A stretch of DNA of 64,000 nucleotides from an uncultured Verrucomicrobiae bacterium (GCA_963801815.1 CAWDGJ010000003.1:512001-576000); one strand, 5' to 3'. Positions 23,840 through 35,462 are shown, counted from the stretch's first letter. Numbers and translations: made by a program. Notes: generated from the sequence alone by a model not told the origin.

Positions 23840-23903
23840 GAAATTTTAGGAATGTGGGGTTGAGAGGGGGTGGGTGCCCGCGCAGGGGCCCGCCCTCTTT
23901 GCT

Positions 23904-24503
23904 TTATTGCTTCAGATAAACCTGCAATCGTTCGCGCAATTCTGTCCGCGCGCGAAAGAGCAGGCTTTTGACCGCCGGCACCGACAACTCCAGGACATCT
24001 GCAATTTCTTCGTAGCTCAGTTCTTCGTAGCGTCTGAGCACAAGCGCCATTCGTTGGGCGTCCGGAAGCTCAGCGATGGCGCTTTCAATCGCTCGTTGCA
24101 ATTCCGCCTGCAGCAGAGTTGCGTCCGGAGTTGCGGTTACCTCATCCTTGATTGGCAGTTCTTCCGTTTCGGGATCGATCTGGACCGGCACGTGCGGATG
24201 ACGCTTCGCGCGCCGCATTTCGTTGAAAACGAGGTTACGGGTGATCTTGAGTAGCCAGGTCGTGAATTTCGCCCGAGCCACGTAACGACCGGCGCTTTTC
24301 CAGACGCGGATAAAGACCTGCTGACTAATGTCTTCCACGTCGGAATTGCTGCCGAGCATTCGTGCCACTGTGCCGGCCACCAGGGCCTGATGTCGCTCGA
24401 TCAACGCCTCGAAGGCAGCCGTGTCGCCGCCGGCCACCAAGAGCATCAGGCGGACATCTTCCGCGTCATCGCCGGATCGCGCCGGTGCTTTTGGGTCGGC
24501 CAT
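23904..24503 (-). CDS. ECF-type RNA polymerase sigma factor
   Basis: VEDISQQVFIRVW; FTTWLLKITRN; LSYEEIADVLELSVPAVKSLLFRAR. Confidence 0.95.
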   Translation of the reverse strand: MADPKAPARSGDDAEDVRLMLLVAGGDTAAFEALIERHQALVAGTVARMLGSNSDVEDISQQVFIRVWKSAGRYVARAKFTTWLLKITRNLVFNEMRRAKRHPHVPVQIDPETEELPIKDEVTATPDATLLQAELQRAIESAIAELPDAQRMALVLRRYEELSYEEIADVLELSVPAVKSLLFRARTELRERLQVYLKQ

Positions 24504-24656
24504 TGATAAACAGACGGGGTTGGTGGGGCACCGATTCGAATCTTATCGCGCTCAATGGGGGCCCGTCTTCCTCGTCAGATGCGCTCCGGTGCTTTTTGTT
24601 GCAACTCGTGAGGCGGCTGTGCATGGTAAAGCCATCAATTTCAGCATCGGCACGGG

Positions 24657-25805
24657 ATGAATTACTCACTTATTCCAAAGGAACTTAAGCCGATTGCCGA
24701 AAAAATCGAGGCGGCCGCTCGCGTCTCGGAAGCCGAGGCGGCGGTTCTCTATCGGGCGACCGATCTTAACGCTCTCGGAATCATGGCCAACGTCGTTCGC
24801 GAGCGAAAAAACGGGAACTTCGCGAGTTACATCCACAACCGTTACATCAACTATTCAAACATCTGTGTTCTGTCGTGTCAGTTTTGCGCGTTTGCGGCTA
24901 AGAAACGCGACGCGCACGCGTTCGAACACGCCCCCGGCGAAATCATTCAAGCAGTTGCCGACGCTCTTCCGCTCGGGATCACGGAAGTTCACATGGTCGG
25001 TGGTCTGCATCCATCTTTAAAGAAGGAGTGGTATTTGGATTTGCTGGATGGGTTGCGCGCGCTCGACCCGCGTCTGCACATCAAAGCTTTTACCGCAATC
25101 GAGGTCCGTCATTTGGCCGAGCGCATTTTTAAGATGCCGATCAAAGATACGTTGGAGCTGTTGCGGGAACACGGATTGGGTTCAATTACTGGCGGTGGCG
25201 CGGAAATCTTCGACGCCGAGGTGCGTGATCGTATCTGTCGCGGTAAGGAGACCGCTGAGGAATGGCTCGACGTTCACCGGACTTGGCATCGAATGGGCGG
25301 CCACAGCACGTGTACGATGCTTTACGGACACGTCGAAACGCTGGAGCAGCGCGTCGATCACTTGCGCCAGCTCCGCCAACTTCAGGACGAAACTGGGGGC
25401 TTTAGCGGGTTTGTTCCGTTTGCGTTTGAACCGCAAACGACCATCCTGGCTCATATCAAGCGTGCGTCCGCCGTCGAGCAATTGCGCAATCTGGCGGTAA
25501 GCCGAATTTATCTCGATAATATCGATCATCTGACCGCTTATTGGGTGAGCACCGGTCTGCCGCTCGCCCAGATTTCACTCAGCTACGGAGCTGACGATTT
25601 GCACGGCACGATCATGGAAGAAAAAATCTTTCACATGGCGGGCGCGACCACGCCGCAACAGCAAACGATCGCAGCTCTCGAGCACGCGATTCGCGAGGCC
25701 GGGCGCATTCCAGTCCAACGGGACAGCCGATACCGTCACCTGACGAATGGCCGAAACGGGTCGACATCCCAGCCGCGCTCCGAAGCTGAGCTCGCCTGCG
25801 CCTAA
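24657..25805 (+). CDS. mqnE: Aminofutalosine synthase (radical SAM)
   Basis: CVLSCQFC; EVHMVGGLHP; HIKAFTAIE; LQDETGGF; DLHGTIMEEKIFHMAGA; adjacent to mqnA. Confidence 0.88.
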   Translation: MNYSLIPKELKPIAEKIEAAARVSEAEAAVLYRATDLNALGIMANVVRERKNGNFASYIHNRYINYSNICVLSCQFCAFAAKKRDAHAFEHAPGEIIQAVADALPLGITEVHMVGGLHPSLKKEWYLDLLDGLRALDPRLHIKAFTAIEVRHLAERIFKMPIKDTLELLREHGLGSITGGGAEIFDAEVRDRICRGKETAEEWLDVHRTWHRMGGHSTCTMLYGHVETLEQRVDHLRQLRQLQDETGGFSGFVPFAFEPQTTILAHIKRASAVEQLRNLAVSRIYLDNIDHLTAYWVSTGLPLAQISLSYGADDLHGTIMEEKIFHMAGATTPQQQTIAALEHAIREAGRIPVQRDSRYRHLTNGRNGSTSQPRSEAELACA

Positions 25806-25848
25806 AGGTTATTGTTCTTCCGCTTCCTCTTACTTTGGTTGTCAGAAG

Positions 25849-26634
25849 ATGAAGGTTCAGAGGGAGCGTCCCTTGCGCGTCGGTTGTGTTAAGTATCTCA
25901 ATGCCCGGCCGCTGATTCAGGGTTGGGAAGGCAAAGTCGTCTTCGATCATCCATCGACGTTGTGCGCACAGCTCGCTCGCGGCGAGCTCGATGTCGCGCT
26001 CGTGTCCAGTTTCGAATTTCTGCGGAATCCCATTTATCGAATCGTCGACGGCGTTTCGATCTCATCGGACGGCGCGGTTTACAGCGTCGTCGTCGCTTAC
26101 GCTGGCGATACGCCGCTGCCGGAAATCGAATTGGATCCCGCGTCGGAAACTTCGGTTGTTTTACTGCGCTGTCTACTTGCTGAGCGTGGCAAGGAATTTC
26201 GCGCTGTTGAAATAGCAAGAGATTCACTCTCTCCCATCAAACGCGGCCGTGCCCGGCTCCTGATTGGTGATCATGCGATTCGATTTCGCCAGAAATTCCC
26301 CGACGATTATCGATACTGGGATCTGGGGGAGGAATGGAAAGGTTTGACGAAATTACAATTCGTTTACGCGCTCTGGCTCGTTAGGCCGGAGGTCAAAGAC
26401 GCGAAAGCAATCGCCGATCGCATTCGCGTACTGCGTGACGTGAATCTCGACAACATCGAGAATGTCATCGCCGTCGAACACGAATTTTCGGCCGACTTTT
26501 GTCGCTGCTACTATCGTGAGCATCTCCGATTCAACTTCGGAGAAAATGAAAAGAGCGGGCTGCGCGCCTTCTCCGGCTCATGCCAAAAGCATGGGCTACT
26601 GCCAAAACGCGAACTGGTGCTGGACCTAATCTAA
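25849..26634 (+). CDS. mqnA: Chorismate dehydratase (futalosine pathway)
   Basis: RVGCVKYLNARPL; SETSVVL; LLIGDHA; DLGEEW...FVYALW. Confidence 0.9.
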   Translation: MKVQRERPLRVGCVKYLNARPLIQGWEGKVVFDHPSTLCAQLARGELDVALVSSFEFLRNPIYRIVDGVSISSDGAVYSVVVAYAGDTPLPEIELDPASETSVVLLRCLLAERGKEFRAVEIARDSLSPIKRGRARLLIGDHAIRFRQKFPDDYRYWDLGEEWKGLTKLQFVYALWLVRPEVKDAKAIADRIRVLRDVNLDNIENVIAVEHEFSADFCRCYYREHLRFNFGENEKSGLRAFSGSCQKHGLLPKRELVLDLI

Positions 26635-26637
26635 ACG

Positions 26638-27042
26638 CTAGGGCCGGGTCGGTTTCGGCGCGTTCATGTTCGGGCCGGTGTCCCCGCCGGGCGGCGTCCA
26701 TTGACCGACGATATCTGCGCCAAAAATCCAATCGTCGTAAAGAGTTCCATTCACGGAAACGGTTTTCTCGTAATATTTTCGGAGATTGATTTGTTCTTTC
26801 GCAAACTCGTTTTCCCGTCGCGCCCGGGTCAATCGCAGCACCATGTCCGGATCTTTCAGAAGACGCAAACGATACGCCCCATCAATCAATACAACGGTAC
26901 CGGTGAAAACTTCCGTCTTGCGCTCGAGTTTGGGCGTCGGCTTTTCCGGCGGACCGCTCGGCTGCTCCAACATCTTTTTTCCAAGAGCGCAACCCGACAA
27001 CGCAAGTGTCCCTGCCAATAACGCGATTCCGGCCAAATTCAC
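26638..27042 (-). CDS. Hypothetical lipoprotein
   Basis: Lipobox LALSGC after a hydrophobic stretch; small beta-rich domain. Confidence 0.7.
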   Translation of the reverse strand: MNLAGIALLAGTLALSGCALGKKMLEQPSGPPEKPTPKLERKTEVFTGTVVLIDGAYRLRLLKDPDMVLRLTRARRENEFAKEQINLRKYYEKTVSVNGTLYDDWIFGADIVGQWTPPGGDTGPNMNAPKPTRP

Positions 27043-27137
27043 AGCCCCTGTGTAATTGAGTCGTCAATCGCGAGTCAACTGATTATGAGAGATTGTCTCG
27101 CAGTTGTCAGCTGATGCCGGGCGGGATAAAATAATCG

Positions 27138-28895
27138 GTGCAAAGCCGCGTAGATGTCGACCCGCCCCAGGCGAACACGCGTTCAAGGTTTACGCGGCAA
27201 ACTCGCTGGATCATTGCTTCTCCCGAACAGCTCAACGACGATGCCGTTCGTTGGAGCGAGATTTGCGGCTGCGAATGCATCGCTCGTTTGTTGGCGCGTA
27301 AGGGCTTTGCCAGCGCGGATGAGGTCCAGGCTTTCCTTAAACCGCGTTTGAAGATGTTGAGCGATCCTTTTCTGTTGCCAAACATGGAAACAGCGGTGAC
27401 TCGGATTGTTGCGGCCATCGATCGCCGTGAACGCGTCGTTCTGTTCGGCGATTACGACGTTGATGGAGTCACTTCTCTCACTTTGCTCGCGGAAATCTTG
27501 CGTGCATACGGCGCGACACCGGATCTGTTCCTGCCCATGCGAATGGAGGAAGGCTATGGGATGAGCCGCGAAAGCGTCGAGCGCTGTGTCGACCTTTACC
27601 GTCCCGAGCTTCTCATCGCGCTTGATTGCGGGACCTCGTCGGCGGCGGAGATTGCTGATCTTCGCGATCGCGGTGTCGACGTGATTGTAATCGACCATCA
27701 CGAACCGAAGGCGGCGCTGCCGGATTGTGTGGCGATTGTAAATCCGAAAATTGATCCTGCGGGAGCGTTTCATTATTTGTGCACCGCGGGTCTTGTTTTC
27801 AAACTCTGTCACGCCTTGTTGAAAACACGGCCGATCGAGTTCGATCTCAAATCACGGCTCGACCTGGTCGCGCTCGGGACGGTGGCCGACATCGTTCCGT
27901 TGTCCGGTGAGAACCGAGCGTTTGTTCAACGCGGCTCAATTGAGATCGCGCGATCGACGCGACAGGGCCTGAGAAAGTTGATCGAAATCAGCGGGGTAAA
28001 GCCGCCAATTCTTACCGACGATATCGGTTACCGGCTCGGACCAAGATTGAATGCGGCCGGGCGATTGAGCACCGCCGAGAAATCGCTTCGACTGCTGTTA
28101 ACCCAGAATGAGAGTGAAGCGACGGAGCTTGCCGAATTGTTGGACAAACAAAATCGAGAACGACAGGAAGTTGAGAAGCAGGTTTTCGCGGCTGCCGAAA
28201 AGAAGATCGCGAACCAGTTCGATCCTTCGCGCGACGCAGCGATTGTCGTATTCGAGCGGGGCTGGCACGCGGGCGTTCTCGGGATCGTGGCGTCGCGCAT
28301 CGCGCACAAGTACCATCGTCCGGCGATCGTGATCGGTTTTGACGAAAAAGGACTCGGCAAAGGAAGTGGCCGCAGCATTGAAGGTTTGAATCTGGTGCGG
28401 GCGCTGACTCATTGCGCGGACGGGCTGGAGAAGTACGGCGGTCATGAAATGGCGGCCGGCCTGACCATTCGCGAAAAAGAGATCGATCTTTTTGCGGAAC
28501 AATTTCGTCGCGTCGCGCGGGAGCTATTGTCGGATGAAGACTTGCGGCCGCGCCTCCGGCTCGATCATGAAATCAATTTCTCGGAATTAAACTTCGATTT
28601 TCTCGGCTGGCACGAAATGCTGCAACCGTTTGGCAACGGCAATCCACAGCCGCTCCTTTTCGCCCGTAAGGTCGAATCGATAGGCGCGCCGCGGGTTGTT
28701 GGTGAAAAACATCTCGCCCTCGTCTTGCGGCAGCGAAATCATCAGCGCCGAGCGATTTTCTTTGGTGCCGCTCAAGATTCTTTGCCGGCCCAGCCATGGG
28801 ATATCGCGTTTCGCATTCGCCCCGACGAATACGGGGGGGAGACGCGATTGGAAATTCGACTCGAAGCGGTGCGCGAGTCCGTCGCGGTGGATTGA
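27138..28895 (+). CDS. recJ: ssDNA-specific exonuclease RecJ (start uncertain)
   Basis: GDYDVDG; IDHHE; LGTVADIVPL; PRLNAAGR; GSGRS; GGHEMAAG. Confidence 0.96.
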   Translation: MQSRVDVDPPQANTRSRFTRQTRWIIASPEQLNDDAVRWSEICGCECIARLLARKGFASADEVQAFLKPRLKMLSDPFLLPNMETAVTRIVAAIDRRERVVLFGDYDVDGVTSLTLLAEILRAYGATPDLFLPMRMEEGYGMSRESVERCVDLYRPELLIALDCGTSSAAEIADLRDRGVDVIVIDHHEPKAALPDCVAIVNPKIDPAGAFHYLCTAGLVFKLCHALLKTRPIEFDLKSRLDLVALGTVADIVPLSGENRAFVQRGSIEIARSTRQGLRKLIEISGVKPPILTDDIGYRLGPRLNAAGRLSTAEKSLRLLLTQNESEATELAELLDKQNRERQEVEKQVFAAAEKKIANQFDPSRDAAIVVFERGWHAGVLGIVASRIAHKYHRPAIVIGFDEKGLGKGSGRSIEGLNLVRALTHCADGLEKYGGHEMAAGLTIREKEIDLFAEQFRRVARELLSDEDLRPRLRLDHEINFSELNFDFLGWHEMLQPFGNGNPQPLLFARKVESIGAPRVVGEKHLALVLRQRNHQRRAIFFGAAQDSLPAQPWDIAFRIRPDEYGGETRLEIRLEAVRESVAVD

Positions 28896-30955
28896 TGGAA
28901 ATTTCGCAACCGCTGGAAGAATTGGATTGGATTCCACGCCCGAAGATCCTGGCGCTGCGGCGGCTCGGCATCACAACTGCGGAAGACTTGCTGACGCATT
29001 TTCCGCGACGTCATGAGGATCGACATCAGTTTCCGCAATTTCCAAGCGAGGAAAGCGAAACGCCGATTTGTCTCTCCGGGGAGGTGATCAAGACATCGCT
29101 CCGCCGGTTCGGTGGCTGGAAAAAAATCTTTGAGGCAACGTTGCAGGAACCGAACGCCAACGCCCTCAGCCAGCATTTGGTCTGTCGCTGGTTCAATTTG
29201 CATTACATCCAGAAAATGATCGCGACCGGCCAGCAGTTGGTCGTTTTCGGAAAACCACGACTGCGCGGCAACCGGATTTGCATGGATCACCCCGAGTTCG
29301 AGGTGATTGAAGACGACGGCGAGCAGTCGATTCATTTGCGGCGGATCACGCCGATTTATCCTGCGACCGAAGGCCTTTCGCAGCGCGTGTTGCGCAGCAT
29401 CATTTACCGTCTTCTCAAAGAACTCGACACAGAGCCGATCGAGCCGCTGCTGCCGCGGAATTTGAAGACGGGAGACCGCAGAGAAGCCATCCGCGCGATT
29501 CACTTTCCTGAGACCTGGGAATCGCTGAGCGCGGCCCGCGAGCATCTCGTTCTGTCAGAGTTTTTCGCGATACAAATGCTGATCGCGTCCCGGCGAAGCG
29601 AATCGCATTCGCGTGTAAGTGCGATCCATGGTGGGCGAGCGGAACTAATGGAGAAATTTTTACGCACGCTTCCCTTTGAACTCACGACTGCGCAAAAAAA
29701 AGTCATCGCTGAAATCAGACGCGATCTCACCGCGAAGTATCCGATGAACCGTTTGCTGCAGGGCGATGTCGGCTCGGGAAAAACGGTGGTCGCGATCGCT
29801 GCGATTCTGCTCGCGGTAGAAGCCGGTCATCAGGCAGCCTTCATGGCGCCGACCCAGATTTTGGCGGAGCAACACTACGCAGTTCTGCTGCGGTGGCTCG
29901 AACCACTCGGCATAAAGTTGTCGATCCGTACCGCCGCACGTCAGGAGGAAAGTTTCCTGCCGTTGATGGAAGGTGACGAAAAGGCAGATGTCATTATCGG
30001 AACGCACGCGTTGCTTTACCAGAAGGTCTCATTTTCGAACCTCGGACTCGTGGTCATTGACGAGCAGCACAAGTTTGGCGTCGCGCAACGCGCCCGCCTG
30101 ACCAATCGGGAACCGGCGCCGGCGGTTTTGGTGATGACCGCGACGCCGATTCCACGGACGATCACGATGACGGTTTACGGCGATCTCGACGTTTCAACTC
30201 TGGACGAGATGCCGAGCGGTCGTGGGAAGATCATTACCGCGGTTCGCGATTCAGCGAAACTCGGCGAGGTATTGAGTTTTTTGCGCACTCAATTGGAAGC
30301 CGGCCGGCAATTGTACGTGGTCTATCCGCTGATCGAAGAAAGCGAAAAACTCGAAGCGAAGGCGGCGGCCGGAGAGTACGAACGCTGGTGCGAGCGATTG
30401 CATCCATACACCTGTGAGTTACTGCATGGTCGAATTCCTGCACCGGAAAAGGCGGAGATCATGGAGCGATTTCGCCACGGTGAAGCAAAAGTGCTGATCA
30501 GCACCACGGTAATCGAAGTTGGTGTCGACGTTCCGAACGCAACCGTGATGCTGGTTGAGAATGCGGAACGGTTCGGATTGGCTCAGCTTCATCAACTGCG
30601 TGGCCGGATCGGGCGCGGGGAGCACAAATCGTACTGCATTTTGCTGCTCACATCCAAGCCCTCGCCGGAGGCGGCCGAAAAATTGGCGGTGCTGGAAAAA
30701 ACGACGGACGGCTTCGCTGTAGCCGAGGCCGATTGGGAAATGCGCGGTCCGGGTGATTTGTTAGGCACGGCTCAAAGCGGCCTGCCTGCGCTAAAGATCG
30801 GCGATTTACGCAAAGACGCGCAGCTAATGAAGCGCGCGCGAAACAGTGCGATGTCGATCTTCGAGATGGACCCGCACTTGGAATGGCCGGAAAATCAACG
30901 TTTCCGGCGGTTGATTGTCGAACAAGAGGGACGAACCTTTTCCAACGTTAGCTAA
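28895..30955 (+). CDS. recG: ATP-dependent DNA helicase RecG
   Basis: RLLQGDVGSGKT; DEQHKFGV; MTATPIPRT; QLHQLRGRIGRG; RGPGDLLG. Confidence 0.97.
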   Translation: MEISQPLEELDWIPRPKILALRRLGITTAEDLLTHFPRRHEDRHQFPQFPSEESETPICLSGEVIKTSLRRFGGWKKIFEATLQEPNANALSQHLVCRWFNLHYIQKMIATGQQLVVFGKPRLRGNRICMDHPEFEVIEDDGEQSIHLRRITPIYPATEGLSQRVLRSIIYRLLKELDTEPIEPLLPRNLKTGDRREAIRAIHFPETWESLSAAREHLVLSEFFAIQMLIASRRSESHSRVSAIHGGRAELMEKFLRTLPFELTTAQKKVIAEIRRDLTAKYPMNRLLQGDVGSGKTVVAIAAILLAVEAGHQAAFMAPTQILAEQHYAVLLRWLEPLGIKLSIRTAARQEESFLPLMEGDEKADVIIGTHALLYQKVSFSNLGLVVIDEQHKFGVAQRARLTNREPAPAVLVMTATPIPRTITMTVYGDLDVSTLDEMPSGRGKIITAVRDSAKLGEVLSFLRTQLEAGRQLYVVYPLIEESEKLEAKAAAGEYERWCERLHPYTCELLHGRIPAPEKAEIMERFRHGEAKVLISTTVIEVGVDVPNATVMLVENAERFGLAQLHQLRGRIGRGEHKSYCILLLTSKPSPEAAEKLAVLEKTTDGFAVAEADWEMRGPGDLLGTAQSGLPALKIGDLRKDAQLMKRARNSAMSIFEMDPHLEWPENQRFRRLIVEQEGRTFSNVS

Positions 30956-32463
30956 TGAAGAACCTCTTTAAATTTTTTCTTTTTGTGGCGTTGTTCAGCC
31001 TCGCGATCTCGGCGTTGTACGACTACCGTCTGAAACATGGCGGCTTGAGAACAGCGCAGCGGACTCCGGAAAAATACTCGTTTGCCAATTCACCGACTGT
31101 CGATCCGAAGCAGATCGTATCGCTGGAAACCCTCAACCGCGAGCGTCGCGCGCTGGTCAGCTCGGTGGTGCCTTCTGTCGTGGCGGTGAAGACAACGAAG
31201 AAGATTGCGGTTGAACGGCAAAACCAGCTTGATCCCTTTGGCTCTTTCTTTCGCCGGCCGCGCGGATTTCAAAATCCTAACGATGAAGCGTTGGTGCAAA
31301 ATTCGTTAGGCTCGGGCGTGATCGTCACGAACGAGGGGCACATCGTGACGAACAATCACGTGGTCAGTCAGGTTGATGAGATCGAAGTTGAACTCAGTGA
31401 TGGGCGAACCAAAAAGGCGCGTCTGGTTGGGGCGGACGAGCAAGTCGACCTCGCAGTGTTGAAGATCGACGACCCAGGAGTGAAGCCGCTCAAACTGGCT
31501 GATTCGGATACAGTCCAGGCCGGAGATTTTGTCCTGGCGATCGGTAATCCGTTTGGATTCGAGGAAACTGTTACCGACGGAATCATTAGCTCCAGAGGCA
31601 GGCCCAATCGTGCAGACGTTTTTAGCGACCTGATTCAGACAAACGCCGCAATCAATCCCGGAAACAGCGGGGGACCGCTGATAAACCTGCGTGGCGAAGT
31701 CATTGGCATCAACACGGCGATCATCTCGCGCAGCGGTGGTTCTCAGGGAATTGGCTTTGCCATTCCTTCGAACACAGTGCGCACCGCGCTGGAGAGTTTG
31801 TTGAAGAAGGGCCGGATCATTCGCGGTTATCTCGGCGTCCAGATGCGTGTTCCACAACCGGGCCAGCCGGCGCCGCCCAGCGATGGCGCAATTGTAGATG
31901 AAGTCGTTCCCGGGTCGCCTGCGGAAGATGCTCATCTGGAAAAGGGCGACGTGATCCGAAAATTTGACGGGCACGACGTGAAGAGTTTTACCGACTTGCG
32001 CAATTTGGTTTCGCAGACTGATCTGAACAAGAAAGTAGAACTCGAGGTTATTCGCGGCGGAAAACCGATGACGGTCTCGACCCAAATCAAAGAGCAGCCC
32101 GCCGGTTATCAAACTGGGCAGGCTGTGCCGCGGCAGACGCCGCCTTCGCAACAGGACCCTGACGAAGAAGAGCAGGGCTCGAACGCTCTGGGTGAAATCC
32201 AGGTCGGCGAACTGACGCCCGCGCTGGCCCGCCAGCTTGATCTTCCGAACGGCGTGCATGGAGTTGTTGTGACAGGCGTTGATCCGAACAATGGCGTCGT
32301 GGAGTTGCAGAAAGGCGACGTGATCGAGCAAGTGAATCAGCAACCGATCAATTCAGTGGCAGACTACAACAAGTTAGTCAGTTCGCTCGACCCAAACCAG
32401 CCGCAAGTGCTTTCAGTCTGCCGGCATCGGGCCCGCTCGTTTTTGGTTTTGCGCCCGCGCTGA
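30955..32463 (+). CDS. HtrA/DegP-family serine protease with two PDZ domains
   Basis: GSGVI..TNNHVV; DLAVLK; AAINPGNSGGPL; N-terminal membrane anchor. Confidence 0.95.
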   Translation: MKNLFKFFLFVALFSLAISALYDYRLKHGGLRTAQRTPEKYSFANSPTVDPKQIVSLETLNRERRALVSSVVPSVVAVKTTKKIAVERQNQLDPFGSFFRRPRGFQNPNDEALVQNSLGSGVIVTNEGHIVTNNHVVSQVDEIEVELSDGRTKKARLVGADEQVDLAVLKIDDPGVKPLKLADSDTVQAGDFVLAIGNPFGFEETVTDGIISSRGRPNRADVFSDLIQTNAAINPGNSGGPLINLRGEVIGINTAIISRSGGSQGIGFAIPSNTVRTALESLLKKGRIIRGYLGVQMRVPQPGQPAPPSDGAIVDEVVPGSPAEDAHLEKGDVIRKFDGHDVKSFTDLRNLVSQTDLNKKVELEVIRGGKPMTVSTQIKEQPAGYQTGQAVPRQTPPSQQDPDEEEQGSNALGEIQVGELTPALARQLDLPNGVHGVVVTGVDPNNGVVELQKGDVIEQVNQQPINSVADYNKLVSSLDPNQPQVLSVCRHRARSFLVLRPR

Positions 32464-32568
32464 TCGCAGCAATCGCGATATTCTTCGGAAGGTGACGTTT
32501 CCGAAGCAAGACGGCGGTGAATAAAGCCGCGCCTGACAAAGTCCAACGCTCTTAAGATTCAACCACGT

Positions 32569-34236
32569 ATGAAAAAGCTACTTTCTATTCTTGCGGTAAC
32601 TGCGGTTTTGCTCTCAGTCGCACCTCAGACGTGGAGCCAGGACATTTCAGTAAATTTCTTTTACGATAATCTGAATGGTGGCAGTTGGATGGAAGTAGGC
32701 AATTACGGCTATTGCTGGCAACCCGACGTCGCGGTGAACGATCCCACCTGGCGGCCGTACGCGGATGGTTATTGGGCTTACACCGATGACGGTTGGACGT
32801 GGGTTTCGTACGAGGATTTTGGTTGGGCGACGTATCACTATGGCCGCTGGGTTAAATTAGCGGACTACGGTTGGGTGTGGAAACCAGGTTACGATTGGGG
32901 TCCGGCCTGGGTTTCGTGGCGCACGGGCGGCAATTACATTGGTTGGGCGCCATTACCGCCGGAGACTGAGTACGTTTATGAAAGTCGGCCCCTGACCGGT
33001 CAGCTCGACGTCGAGTTCGACATTGGTCCGGGGAATTACAATTTCGTTGACGTTCGGTATATCGGCGAACCGGTCCTTCGTTCTCGGCTGGTGCCTTACC
33101 AACAGAACGTCACCTATATTTCGCAAACGGTAAACGTGACCAACATCACCTATAAAAACAAAACCGTTTACAACTATGGGCCGGACGTCAATGTCATGAA
33201 TCAATATTCGAGCCGGCCGATTCAAAGGTTCAAACTTGAACGGCAGGCGAATGCCGACGTGTCCGTCGGCCGCAAAGTCTGGTGGCCTAACGAAAGTTCA
33301 GGGCAATGCGCTGGTCGTTGCCGCTCCGGAGAAACTCAACAAGCCGGCAAAAGAGATCGCTCCGCCAACGGTGAAAACGAAGAGTCGCGCAACCGAAGAT
33401 CGAGAAAGGCTGGTCCGAGGTCGGAGATGCGAATGCACAGACTCAGTTGAAGGAGAAGATCAAGACGCAGGATTTGAAGAATGTTCCTCCTCCAACACTC
33501 GGCGGCAGCTGCCGCGAAAGCTTCGGTGACGTCAGTGCGTCGCCCCAAATGTCTGGGTCCAGGGAGTCGCATCGTCACCGTTTGAAAAGGGAAAGGGTAA
33601 GGGCAAAAACAAAGGCAAGAACGCTGAGCAAATGCAAAGCGGGAGCGCCGGTGGCTTCGGCGACAAGTTCGGTGGTCCGAGGGCGGAAAGAAGAAACGCA
33701 AACATGGCGAACAAGGTCAACCTGGCGCCGATCACTTCGCCCGCAGCCGGTCTAGGAGGAGAAACGTCGCCGGCGCAACGCCTGAAACCGGAAAACCGCG
33801 AAAGGCGGCAAGAATCGTCGCAACGAACAAGGTGGCGAAACCTGCCTCCGACGCCGGGGACCAGCTTCAAGTCCCGAAGCTACGACCGCACCTGAAAGCA
33901 AACCGAAAGGAAAGGGGAGAAACATCGAAACGTCTGTGGGCGGAACAACTCCGCAAGGAATTTCCGATGAATCTCGCGGCGGACAGCAAAAGAACTTGGA
34001 ACGCCAACAGCGCGATATGTCGCTGTCAGGTCAAGCAGGCGGCCAGGGAGCTCCGGCCAATACCGGTGCGGGACCCCAAGGCGGACCGGTGCCGGCGAGG
34101 GACAAGTCGAAAACCCGAAGCTCAGTCTGCGGCGCGGCGGTTTCCGAACAGCCGAACGGCGAACAACAGCCACAGGGCGGCAAACACGAAGGGAAAAAGA
34201 AAGGCTGGAGAATCGCCTGCGCCAACTCCGCAATAG
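32569..34236 (+). CDS. Exported Trp/Gly/Tyr-rich protein (DUF6600-like) with long low-complexity C-terminus (frameshifted)
   Basis: Signal peptide; WRPYADGYW..GWTWVSYEDFGWATYHYGRW..WGPAWVSWR..GWAPLPP; tail ends ESPAPTPQ*. Confidence 0.8.
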
Positions 34237-34245
34237 ATCCAGTTC

Positions 34246-34271
34246 TGTAGCGGCGGTCTATGACCGCCGCA
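34246..34271. repeat. GTAG-type REP unit between convergent genes
   Basis: TGTAGCGGCGGTCTATGACCGCCGC hairpin. Confidence 0.65.
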
Positions 34272-34299
34272 GCTGGTCAAGTCACCGGTCACTCTTAAC

Positions 34300-35316
34300 C
34301 TACAACAACTCCGCGATCTGCACTGCGTTGAGCGCCGCGCCTTTGAGTAGTTGGTCGCCCGAAACCCAGAACGCGAGACCGTTTTCCAGCGCGCAATCGC
34401 GACGGACCCGCCCGACCTGGCAGTTGTCTTTGCCGGCAACGTCGAGAGGCATTGGGTAACGGTTCTTCTGCGGCTCATCGACCAAGTTCCAAGCCCGGGC
34501 GCTTTCGCCAGGACTTCGCGCGCTTGTTCGACGCTGACCGGTCTTTCAAATTCGGCGCTGACCGCGACCGAATGAGCGCGATAGACAGGAACGCGCACAC
34601 AGGTGACCGACGCGCGAAATTCCGGCAGATGCATGATCTTGCGGCCTTCGTCCTGCATTTTCATTTCTTCCTTGGTGTAACCGGTCTCGAGAAAAACATC
34701 GACATGAGGCAGGACGTTGAACGCGATCGGATGCGGATAAACTTGCCGTCGTGTGCGAGCGTGCGTGAGCAGGGTTTTCGGCGCCCGCTTGCGACTGTTG
34801 CTCTTCGAGCTCGCGTCAATCGCTCGCGCGCCGCTGCCTGATACCGCTTGATAACTCGCCGCAAAAACGCGCCGAACACCGAACGCACGATGCAACGGAT
34901 AAATCGCCATCAGCGCGACCGCGGTTGTGCAATTCGGATTCGCAATAACCCCGCGATGCTTTTTTACGTCCTGCGGATTGATTTCCGGAATCACCAGCGG
35001 AACGTCCGGATCCATTCGGAACGTCGACGAATTATCGATCACGACCGCGCCGGCATCGCGTGCGATGGGCACGAACTTTCGAGATCGTTCTCCGCCGGCG
35101 CTAAAAAATGCAATGTCGATCTTGTCGAATGAATCATCGCGCAGTTCTTCGACCGGAATGAGTTGATTACGAAACGAAAGCTTCTTGCCGGTGGATTTGC
35201 CTGACGCCAGCGCACGAATCGTTGCCACCGGAAAGTTTCGGCGCTCCAAAACGCGCAAAAGTTCGGCGCCCGACGGCCCCGGTCGCACCCACGATGACGA
35301 CGTGATAATTTTTCAT
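34300..35316 (-). CDS. asd: Aspartate-semialdehyde dehydrogenase (frameshifted)
   Basis: IVGATGAVG; VIDNSSTFRM; ANPNCTT; YQAVSGSG; CVRVPV.RAHS; DQLLKGAALNAVQIAE. Confidence 0.95.
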
Positions 35317-35353
35317 GATGCTTTGCAATTCCGTTGGCGTTGTTCGATTAGCT

Positions 35354-35392
35354 CTTGCCACGCCGTAGGTTGCCTTGGCGACCGAAGGCGGG
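35354..35392. repeat. Short palindromic intergenic element
   Basis: CTTGCCACGCCGTAGGTTGCCTTGGCGACCGAAGGCGGG; related to the in-frame insert at 59631-59660. Confidence 0.5.
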
Positions 35393-35462
35393 TCGCGCCG
35401 GCGATTGCAATGTGATACTCTTTTTTCACGCCGGCGAGAATTGTAAGGCCGGTCTCACGTCG

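Noticed and set aside
23862..23903. Bidirectional terminator between the secretin and ECF sigma genes
   Set aside because: A GC-rich imperfect hairpin is present but has bulges and weak U-tracts, so it was not called as a feature.
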